In this document: one piece after another, positions 1 to 6,588 of the stretch
Position numbering within the stretch: position 1 is the stretch's first letter
Layout: every line of letters begins with the position of its first letter
IMG/VR virus record: IMGVR_UViG_3300048855_000184
Coordinates: 1 to 25,127 of that record
Reading direction: 5' to 3' (one strand)
DNA: 25,127 bases
DNA from: a virus
Lineage: Duplodnaviria; Caudoviricetes
Translations under genes and position numbers: made by a program
The notes under the pieces: model-generated
What the model was told of the DNA's origin: nothing
The model's input: the letters and a program-made list of their open reading frames with translations, nothing else
The model's database searches: none

Positions 1-381
1 ATGATTGAAATGTCCGAACCCCGGAATCTGCACGAGGCTCCGCTGGCGATGCCGCCGGTCGCCCACGCCCGTTTCTCCATCGGCGACGTGGTGCGCCACC
101 GCCTGTTCGACTTTCGCGGGGTGGTCTTCGACGTCGACCCGGTCTTCGCCAACAGCGACGAATGGTATGAGGCGATCCCGGCCGAGGTGCGTCCGCGCAA
201 GGACCAGCCTTTCTACCACCTGCTCGCCGAAAATGCTGAGTCGAGCTACGTCGCCTATGTCAGCCAGCAGAATCTGGTGGTCGACGAGAGCGAGGAGCCG
301 GTGGAGCATCCCGCGATCATCGGCTTGTTCGACGCCTTTGCCGACGGCCGCTATCGCCTTCGCCCCGAGCACCGCCACTGA
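1..381 (+). CDS. hspQ: Heat shock protein HspQ (YccV-like), host gene
   Basis: ARFSIGDVVRHRLFDFRGVVFDVDP...PRKDQPFYHLLAEN...YVAYVSQQNL matches the HspQ/YccV pattern; true start may be a downstream Met. Confidence 0.92.
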   Translation: MIEMSEPRNLHEAPLAMPPVAHARFSIGDVVRHRLFDFRGVVFDVDPVFANSDEWYEAIPAEVRPRKDQPFYHLLAENAESSYVAYVSQQNLVVDESEEPVEHPAIIGLFDAFADGRYRLRPEHRH

Positions 382-467
382 AGGACGCCAGCAAAGGCGA
401 TCAGGTACCGCAGTCGACGTCGGGAGATCTTAAGGGTCGCAGCGCCGGTCCGTCGGCGGCGAAGGGG

Positions 468-518
468 TGGTGGAGCTGAGGGGAATCGAACCCCTGACCT
501 CTGCAGTGCGATTGCAGC
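468..518 (-). repeat. 3' fragment of tRNA-Ala(CGC); prophage att core
   Basis: Reverse complement reads CTGCA-ATCGCAC-TGCAG (anticodon arm, CGC) AGGTC AGGGG-TTCGATT-CCCCT CAGCTCCACCA; D-arm and 5' acceptor strand are absent beyond 518. Confidence 0.9.
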
Positions 519-570
519 TACCCGTGCGTCAGCAGAGGGGAAGCGCCTACTCGCATCGGTCGATTAGGCG

Positions 571-585
571 GAACAGCAAAAGAAC
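571..585. promoter_or_regulatory. Alphaproteobacterial LexA (SOS) box
   Basis: GAAC-agcaaaa-GAAC, exact GAAC-N7-GAAC, about 50 bp inside att. Confidence 0.65.
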
Positions 586-597
586 ATCGGGCGATTT

Positions 598-648
598 GCG
601 GTCCCGGTGCGGTCCCAGATTTGCAGGGCGGGTGATGCGCTGGTCCCG
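598..648 (+). repeat. Three GGTCCC direct repeats, candidate integrase arm-type sites
   Basis: gcGGTCCCg, gcGGTCCCa, tGGTCCCg 80-130 bp inside the att core. Confidence 0.45.
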
Positions 649-775
649 CGACTGGAGGAAGCACCGGTGTTGATGCTCGGGTGAACAGCCTCACCCGTTG
701 CATGCACAGCCCGGCGGTCACCTGCTTGCACCCCGGCACGAGGGTCAGTCTAAGCGCCCCAGAGGAGCGCGAGCC

Positions 776-961
776 ATGATCCATTACCTGACAGATACCG
801 AGTTCGTGCGGCAAATGTCCGATGAGGGCTTGTTGCGCGTGTATCAGGCGATGTCCAGTGCGGAGGGGGGTGCCGAAGCTGAGGCGCTGCTTACAGAGAT
901 CAAACGGCGAAAGCTCGATGCCCCCCTCCGCGCCGGGTCTCAGCAACGTGTATCTAAGTAA
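776..961 (+). CDS. Small helical hypothetical protein (61 aa)
   Basis: AGAGGAG SD before ATG 776; MSDEGLLRVYQ...AEALLTEIKRRKLD. Confidence 0.65.
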   Translation: MIHYLTDTEFVRQMSDEGLLRVYQAMSSAEGGAEAEALLTEIKRRKLDAPLRAGSQQRVSK

Positions 962-1067
962 AACATCATACTCGAAAGCACGAATCGGGCAGCTCAGACT
1001 CGCCGCCTAACCCCCGCTTGCGCCCCGCCCGCCCGGAGCGCAGGCTAGGGGCGGAGGAGAGCGAGTC

Positions 1068-1292
1068 GTGACGGACCTGGCGGCAGTTGACGCAGCGTAC
1101 CGGCGGCTTGAAGCTTTCCGAGAGCGCTATGTCGATGACAACGCGGTGATCGATGCGCCCAGCGGCCTCACTGTCGCTGATCTCGATGTCCTCCTGATGC
1201 GGTTACAGCAGACGAAGAACATATCGACGGTGCCGATGTTACATGCTGCCGACGTGCAGGCCTTCCTTGCAAGCCGGCGGACCAACCCGTGA
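1068..1292 (+). CDS. Hypothetical protein (74 aa)
   Basis: GGAGGAG SD before GTG; protein-like composition. Confidence 0.7.
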   Translation: MTDLAAVDAAYRRLEAFRERYVDDNAVIDAPSGLTVADLDVLLMRLQQTKNISTVPMLHAADVQAFLASRRTNP

Positions 1293-1450
1293 CGTATGAC
1301 CCATCAGACCCGAGCCTCCGAAGCTCCATTGTCTAGGAAATGAGTCCAGCCGCGTACCGGTGCGGGACAGGCGGGCCCGAAGTGCATTCCCACCCGTTCA
1401 GCCCAAGAACCGTCGAGCCGCCCGTGCCACGATGCGATAGAGGACCTCCC

Positions 1451-1699
1451 ATGACGCCATCGGTCACGTTCTGCCGGACCCAAGAAGCCCGCCAACTAGC
1501 ACTCGCAGCGTCTGCTCCTTTGGAGAACAGCCGGAGAATTGCTGGAGTGGCGGCCGTGGCATGGGCGAAGGAAGCCGATAGCGCCGAGCGCTCCGACGCG
1601 AGGAAACTGAGAAATGCCGCCCCGCATCAATCGGCGTCGAACGTGCCAGACTCGGAAGACCGGGGCATGAGTGAAAATCCTGACCGGGGCTTCGCCTGA
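1451..1699 (+). CDS. Small Ala-rich helical hypothetical protein (82 aa)
   Basis: AGAGGA SD before ATG 1451; FCRTQEARQ...AAVAWAKEA...SENPDRGFA. Confidence 0.7.
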   Translation: MTPSVTFCRTQEARQLALAASAPLENSRRIAGVAAVAWAKEADSAERSDARKLRNAAPHQSASNVPDSEDRGMSENPDRGFA

Positions 1700-1795
1700 G
1701 ATCGCCTCGACCCGCGAAAATGCGATAAGCAAGCCGGTTGAACCCGGGTCCAAGCTCAGATGCGTCTTGCCCGTGCATCACCCTCAAGGTGAGCT

Positions 1796-1972
1796 TTGAA
1801 CCCGCATCGTCGGTGGACTCAGACCGACATAACCGCGCTTCGGGACCTGCTGCAGCAAGGTCAGTCAGTCGGGGAGATTGCCAACCGGCTGCACCGCAAC
1901 CCGGAGGAGGTCTCCTCGATGATGCGGCGCCTGCGTCTCCGGCTGATGCCGCCGCCGCTGGACAGTGAATGA
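1796..1972 (+). CDS. 58-aa GcrA-N-like helix-turn-helix protein (not in the ORF track)
   Basis: AAGGTGAG then TTG; translates MNPHRRWTQTDITALRDLLQQGQSVGEIANRLHRNPEEVSSMMRRLRLRLMPPPLDSE, parallel to the GcrA N-terminal WT...L...G.S..IA..L HTH pattern. Confidence 0.7.
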   Translation: MNPHRRWTQTDITALRDLLQQGQSVGEIANRLHRNPEEVSSMMRRLRLRLMPPPLDSE

Positions 1973-1985
1973 CAGGAGAGCGGCA

Positions 1986-2165
1986 ATGAAACCCTCGGAT
2001 CGCATCGTAGCCGTCGGGCTGCTGTCCCAGCGTGACCTGGAAGCTCTGGGCGCTGGGTTAATGCGCGTATATCCGGTGGAGGATGCGCCCTGCTTCGATG
2101 ACCTCCTCAAAGCCATAGACGCGGCAGAAGCCCGAAGACCCGGCGAGCGCAAGGAGGGACGTTAA
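1986..2165 (+). CDS. Small hypothetical protein (59 aa)
   Basis: AGGAG SD before ATG 1986; RIVAVGLLSQRDL...PCFDDLLKAIDAAE. Confidence 0.7.
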   Translation: MKPSDRIVAVGLLSQRDLEALGAGLMRVYPVEDAPCFDDLLKAIDAAEARRPGERKEGR

Positions 2166-2204
2166 GTTTCGTCCACAGCGTGCGGCAGATGCGCGCGCGG
2201 GGGC

Positions 2205-2230
2205 GGAACTTAGCGTCAGAGCGGCCCGTT
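2205..2230 (+). promoter_or_regulatory. Sigma-EcfG (SigT, general stress response) promoter
   Basis: GGAAC-N17-CGTT exact consensus (2205-2209, 2227-2230). Confidence 0.7.
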
Positions 2231-2236
2231 GATGAC

Positions 2237-2312
2237 CGCGCGCAACCGGAAGCGAGCAGTTCCCCATACTGCCCGCCTGCACCAGCCCCCCGTTCGTGCA
2301 GGCGGACATTTT
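2237..2312 (+). ncRNA. Candidate small RNA with C-rich loops
   Basis: Downstream of the EcfG promoter; hairpins GCAGT-tccccat-ACTGC and CCGCCTGCAC-cagccccccgttc-GTGCAGGCGG followed by acaTTTT. Confidence 0.55.
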
Positions 2313-2405
2313 CCCCTACCGCTGTTCCTCTACATGCCGCGCTGGTGATCGCGCTCGCTGTGTGACAGATGCTGATCTGGGTTAAGTCGGCACGAAGGCA
2401 GGTCG

Positions 2406-2591
2406 GTGGCACAGGATTGGAAAGCTGAGCAGCAGGTATGGCTCGCAAAAGCGCGCGCAGCGGGCCCCGGCTACCGCGTGTGGCGCTGGCACGAGGTGAT
2501 CGAGCCAGAGAGACAGGAGATCTGTCACTTCAAGCTGCTGGCACCGGGCGAGAAGCTTCCGGACGGCGCGGGTGTGGTGGTCGAGCCGTGA
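2406..2591 (+). CDS. Hypothetical protein (61 aa)
   Basis: GTG start, protein-like composition, GTGA overlap with next ORF. Confidence 0.55.
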   Translation: MAQDWKAEQQVWLAKARAAGPGYRVWRWHEVIEPERQEICHFKLLAPGEKLPDGAGVVVEP

Positions 2592-2776
2592 GCTTCGGGG
2601 CCGACCGGCGCTCGAGACGGCGGCGCGACGACGCGGTCGCTCGGCACGCTTCTGCCGCTGCTGCCGCACGGACACACCGGCGGCGATCTTACCCAGCGGT
2701 ACGCGCGGAAGTTGTGCTGGTCGTAGCGGCGGCGGTGCTGGTGATTGTCGCCGGCATGCGGGCGTGGTCCCTCTGA
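2588..2776 (+). CDS. Small Arg-rich protein with C-terminal transmembrane helix (62 aa)
   Basis: GTGA coupling at 2588-2591; ends EVVLVVAAAVLVIVAGMRAWSL. Confidence 0.5.
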   Translation: MSFGADRRSRRRRDDAVARHASAAAAARTHRRRSYPAVRAEVVLVVAAAVLVIVAGMRAWSL

Positions 2777-2781
2777 CCTAA

Positions 2782-2871
2782 CCGCCACCACTCCGCGCCC
2801 TACGTCACGGGATACGGCTGCTGGCGGGGGTGATCGGGCGGGGGTGACGCGTATCCGAGCAGCTTGCCGCC
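2782..2871. other. Non-coding element with serial, non-nested complementary blocks
   Basis: Consecutive 5-7-nt blocks each find their reverse complement about 40 nt downstream in the same order (see findings); function unknown. Confidence 0.6.
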
Positions 2872-2898
2872 TACCGGCGCCGCATCTAGCTAGCGGCC

Positions 2899-3327
2899 AT
2901 GATCATCCTCGCCGCGCTCGCCGCAGCCGTCATCCCCACCGGATCAACCTTCACCTGTACACCGACCCGCGTCTGGGACGGCGATGGGCCGGTCTGGTGC
3001 AAGGAGGGGCCGCGGTTGCGTCTCGCGGGGATCGCCGCGCGGGAGTCGGACGGGACCTGCCGCAGCAACCAGCCATGTCCGCGCGCGACGGCTGAGCAGG
3101 CGCGCCAGGCGCTGGTTCGGTTGCTCGGGACGGCGACCGGCAAGAGCCCCCAGGGCCATATCCTCGTTCGCGGGCCAGCGCTGCGGTGCACCTCCACCGG
3201 GCAGGCTGTCGGCAGCAGAACCGGCGCGTGGTGCGTGTCTCCGACCGCTGGCGACATCTCGTGCGCCATGGTGGCAAGCGGCACCGTCCTGCGGTGGTCA
3301 CGGTATTGGAAGGGGCACCGGTGTTGA
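2899..3327 (+). CDS. Secreted thermonuclease (SNase-like) family protein
   Basis: Signal-like N-terminus; VWDGDG, RLRLAGIAARE, RTGAWC, DISCAMVASG motifs; Cys-rich. Confidence 0.8.
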   Translation: MIILAALAAAVIPTGSTFTCTPTRVWDGDGPVWCKEGPRLRLAGIAARESDGTCRSNQPCPRATAEQARQALVRLLGTATGKSPQGHILVRGPALRCTSTGQAVGSRTGAWCVSPTAGDISCAMVASGTVLRWSRYWKGHRC

Positions 3328-3349
3328 TGCGGCTACTAGCGCGCCTCGA

Positions 3350-3769
3350 TCAACTCTTCTTACGCATCGCTCCTAGGCCGATCTGTTTCGCGAGATTTCG
3401 CCGGGTGGCGGAATGGTTTTCCGCTACCATAGGGTAGCTCGGATGGAGGCGGTACCGAGCCCGGTATTGCTCGGGCGTGAGGCCATGTGCTGCCGCATGC
3501 CGACGCAGCGCCTTGTACGGTTTCCCGTCAATCATCGAGATGATGTGGTCCTTCGAGGCCAGCGACTCTTCGACGGAGACGGCGGGTACGTGCTCCGGCA
3601 CCCCCGAAGCAGCGGGCGTCGAGGCAGCAGCTCCGGTCGCAAGGGCCGCCAACCCCTCATGGGTCCGCTGAAGCAGGAGCGGTAGATCTTCGGCTTCGAT
3701 CTTATGGCCCGGATTGTTGAGCCAGGCCACGACGATCCGTGTCGCCATCTCCAGAACCGGGTCAGGCAT
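3350..3769 (-). CDS. mucR: MucR/Ros family transcriptional regulator
   Basis: PAVSVEESL...IISMIDGKPYKALRRH...HGLTPEQYRARYRL...YPMVAENHSATRRNLAKQIGLG. Confidence 0.92.
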   Translation of the reverse strand: MPDPVLEMATRIVVAWLNNPGHKIEAEDLPLLLQRTHEGLAALATGAAASTPAASGVPEHVPAVSVEESLASKDHIISMIDGKPYKALRRHAAAHGLTPEQYRARYRLHPSYPMVAENHSATRRNLAKQIGLGAMRKKS

Positions 3770-3947
3770 CGCAAGCGCATCCCCGCGGCCGATGACAGGT
3801 CTTGTCGCGCGCTATGCAGCTGTCACCGCATGCCTTGCCCTTCGAGCAAGTTTTGCAGCAGGCGACCGAAGCCGCGAACGCCGCGTTGCACGGGTTCACG
3901 TTGGCCGGGCCGACGACGAGCATTGCGGCAAGCAGCAGGTAGCGCAT
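3762..3947 (-). CDS. Small secreted cysteine-rich peptide (61 aa)
   Basis: Signal-like N-terminus, then CCKTCSKGKACGDSCIARDKTCHRPRGCACDA; GGGGAG SD; overlaps mucR start by 8 nt. Confidence 0.75.
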   Translation of the reverse strand: MRYLLLAAMLVVGPANVNPCNAAFAASVACCKTCSKGKACGDSCIARDKTCHRPRGCACDA

Positions 3948-4043
3948 GTGATTCTCCCCGGTGCAGAAGTTGGCGCAGAGGCAACCACAAGTCTAACGAC
4001 GATCAGTATCGCGTGACCAGCAAGCTATTCTATCAGAGGCGGC

Positions 4044-4262
4044 ATGCAGGAGGCAGAACTATGGGCCAAAGCCCGGAGGATCGAAGAAGCGCACGGCGAG
4101 CTCGCGCCGGCGTGGATCGCGGCGCAGATCGTGGAATCGATGCGGTCCGGCGACCGGGAAGGCGGAGCCAGGATGCGGCGGATCGCTACGCTACTGATGC
4201 AACTGCAGCACGGTCACACCGAAGGCGAAATTCCGCAGCGACACGCTACGAAGCTCTACTGA
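4044..4262 (+). CDS. Small helical protein resembling DUF6961
   Basis: ELWAKARRIEEAHGELAPAWIAAQI...GDREG..RRIA pattern, recalled rather than searched. Confidence 0.6.
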   Translation: MQEAELWAKARRIEEAHGELAPAWIAAQIVESMRSGDREGGARMRRIATLLMQLQHGHTEGEIPQRHATKLY

Positions 4263-5254
4263 TCGGAACCCTGACCATCCTCGCGATCGGCAGCGCTGCC
4301 GCCTCGCTGCTCTACACCGTCGCCGGCAGCTGACCAAACCAACTCCCGTTTCGGATCGGGATCCTGCGTCACGGTCATCAGCTGCGACGGGAACGACGCC
4401 ACCAGGTCGCCCAGCTCGCCGCGCAGCCAGCGGTCCTCATCCTCCTCGTGCAGGATCAGCGGCATCGCCTTGGGATGGATCGGCGCCACCAGGGAGTTCG
4501 GCTCCGTCGTGAGGAACGCGAACACAGCCTTCCCCTTCACCTCTCGCCATACGCCGGCGAAGCTGAAGATCGGCCGCGACGGCACGTCGAACCAGAACAG
4601 CGGCCGCGCGCCCTTCGACCCGGGGCCGTACTCGCTGAAACTCGTGACCGGCACCAGGCAGCGCTGGAGCGGACGCGACAGAGCCGTGCGCCAGAAGGGG
4701 CTGTCGAGGTTGCGCACGTTCGTGACGAGCGTCTCCACCGGCTTGCCCCGTGCTCCCATCATCGTGCGGGGGAAGCCCCAGGACATCGAAGCGAGATCAC
4801 GCCCGCCGTCGATACTGGCGGGCTTCACCACCCAGGCAGCGCGCTTCGGGAACAGCTCCGGCGGTGGGATCGTGACGTCGGGCAGATACGGCACTTCAGC
4901 CCCGTAGCGCGCCGCCACCTCTGCCTGTCGTTCGGTCATGCGATAGCGGTTGCACATGGCCCAATCTTGCCACGGCACCGCCAACTCCGCCACGTGCCAG
5001 CCGGCGGCGACCATCGCGTGCTCGATGGCAACATAGGCGCTGCGGCAGTTGGCCCACGCCGGCAGTTCGGTCGCTTGCTGCTGGGCGATGCGCCAGAACT
5101 CGTCCAACGGCGCGCGGTTCGGTAGCACGCGCATGAGGGTGCGCAGCGCCAACCGCACGGGCGCGGCCACGGCCTTGTACTGTCCCGGCCGCGACGCCGC
5201 ATCTTCTAGAACAGTCAACGCGAGGGAGAGAAGGTCCGAATCGTCCCGTGGCAT
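4256..5254 (-). CDS. SOS response-associated peptidase (SRAP/YedK; MCNRY starts at 4957) with an in-frame 99-aa N-terminal region
   Basis: MCNRY, MSWGFP, TNVRN, RCLVPVTSFSEY, FAGVW, FLTTEPN, IHPKAMPLIL motifs. Confidence 0.9.
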   Translation of the reverse strand: MPRDDSDLLSLALTVLEDAASRPGQYKAVAAPVRLALRTLMRVLPNRAPLDEFWRIAQQQATELPAWANCRSAYVAIEHAMVAAGWHVAELAVPWQDWAMCNRYRMTERQAEVAARYGAEVPYLPDVTIPPPELFPKRAAWVVKPASIDGGRDLASMSWGFPRTMMGARGKPVETLVTNVRNLDSPFWRTALSRPLQRCLVPVTSFSEYGPGSKGARPLFWFDVPSRPIFSFAGVWREVKGKAVFAFLTTEPNSLVAPIHPKAMPLILHEEDEDRWLRGELGDLVASFPSQLMTVTQDPDPKRELVWSAAGDGVEQRGGSAADREDGQGSDQ

Positions 5255-5259
5255 GTCCG

Positions 5260-5274
5260 GAACATTACAGGAAC
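5260..5274 (-). promoter_or_regulatory. LexA (SOS) box
   Basis: GTTC-ctgtaat-GTTC on the minus strand, 5 nt upstream of ATG 5254 of the SRAP locus. Confidence 0.85.
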
Positions 5275-5406
5275 ATCCAGGCGAGTCGACCTCACTTCGT
5301 CGTCCTATTCGGCCGCAACGGAGAGTGCTGTCCCGCTGGACGGCCGCCGGGACGACAAAATCGGCTCATTTGAGAGAGCATGTTCGATCACGAACGGCGG
5401 GACGTC

Positions 5407-5486
5407 CCGTCCCGGATCGTCCCATCATCGTCGCTGCCGTCGCACTACCGTCTGCCTGCCGGCGCCGCGGGGTCGGAACGCACGGC
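5407..5486 (-). pseudogene. Frameshifted relic of the o-spanin 3' region (diverged copy of 6843-6923)
   Basis: Encodes PCVPTPRRRQADGSATAA versus PCEPTPQRRQADGSATAA; 1-nt deletion relative to the intact copy. Confidence 0.8.
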
Positions 5487-5581
5487 ACTCTTACTCCAGG
5501 GAAATCGTTGGTCGTCTGCTTCGTGGTGGGCAGTCGATCTGTTGCCCTGTAATCAGGGCTCTCTTTGTCGGAAGGAGGGGT

Positions 5582-6535
5582 ATGGGAAAGCGCGAGCGAG
5601 GTGCGTTCTTGGCGCACACGGACAGGTTCCTGAAAGCCAAGAGAAATGTTCTGTTTTGGGCCGTCAGCCTGCTCGCCCTGGAACTGGTGCACACTGGAGA
5701 GCCGCTGAAGCCAACGGCTTTAGGCACAGAGGTGCTGATCCCGCCGAAGCTTCTTGCGATAGGCATCACCCTAACCTTGATCTATCACATTTACGGCTTT
5801 TGGATCGAACGTCGCGCGGTGGTCTGGCAGAATGGAGACTTGCCAGGAGATCCCACGGGCTCGCTGGCGGAACGACTCGAACGGCAAGAGCAGCTAATCA
5901 GAGGCCTTGCTTCAACGTTCACGATCAGCGGCCTTGAGTCGCAAATCGCTCTGAGTGCGCTTCAAACGAACATCGAAGATGCACGCGCTGCTCACCTCCA
6001 TCTGCAACAAGAATGGAAGACCTACGTCGCTAGCCTAGTTGCGGACCATCAACGCCTTACCCTCGCCGGGATCCGGTTTGATCAAGCTGATCCCAGTACC
6101 CACAGCGGCCCCATCGCGTACGAGATAGTCGGTTCAGCTGTACAACCGCATGACACGCTTCAAGGTTTCTTGGAAGACTTGGGAAATCATCTTCCGCCGC
6201 TCGAGAGATCGGCGGAAAGTTCTGAACAGTTATCAGCTGCGCTCAGAGACACTTACGCCAGACTGAATCGAGTAGGCAGCCACGTGGACGTGAGCGAGCG
6301 ACGGACCTTCAGGCTGTACGATACTGCCTTTACGCTCCTGATCGCTGCGCTCGCTCTGCTCGCCACGGGCATGGACCTCGTTGCCAACCAGTCTCTAGGC
6401 ACTATGCTGCCTGAAAGCTTACGCACTGTTGCCGCGAGTAAGAGTGAAAACGCAACCGGTCATATACCGGACCAACAGACCACGCGGGCAAATGAGCAAC
6501 CCAGTAATGGCGCCGCTGGGGCGAGTGGACGCTGA
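5582..6535 (+). CDS. Membrane protein moron (2 N-terminal TM, helical/coiled-coil middle, C-terminal TM)
   Basis: GGAGG SD; 317 aa; visibly lower GC; opposite strand to the late operon. Confidence 0.8.
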   Translation: MGKRERGAFLAHTDRFLKAKRNVLFWAVSLLALELVHTGEPLKPTALGTEVLIPPKLLAIGITLTLIYHIYGFWIERRAVVWQNGDLPGDPTGSLAERLERQEQLIRGLASTFTISGLESQIALSALQTNIEDARAAHLHLQQEWKTYVASLVADHQRLTLAGIRFDQADPSTHSGPIAYEIVGSAVQPHDTLQGFLEDLGNHLPPLERSAESSEQLSAALRDTYARLNRVGSHVDVSERRTFRLYDTAFTLLIAALALLATGMDLVANQSLGTMLPESLRTVAASKSENATGHIPDQQTTRANEQPSNGAAGASGR

Positions 6536-6588
6536 TGGATGAGGAGCCGCACGCCGACCGGCTGCTGCGAAGGGGCGGGCATTCGAGC

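Noticed and set aside
468-545. Intact tRNA-Ala gene
   Set aside because: The 5' half (D-arm and acceptor strand) is missing
467-673. 68-aa ORF starting MVELRGIEPLTS
   Set aside because: Antisense translation of the tRNA fragment, a classic artefact
1738-1968. 76-aa track ORF
   Set aside because: The overlapping 1796..1972 frame has an SD and a recognisable HTH pattern
5296-5403. Possible second parallel-block element (GTCGTCC/GGACGAC, GTCCCGC/GCGGGAC)
   Set aside because: Only two good blocks with unequal offsets; compatible with ordinary hairpins or chance
5366-5692. 108-aa minus-strand ORF
   Set aside because: Overlaps the 317-aa gene; its only meaningful part is the spanin relic
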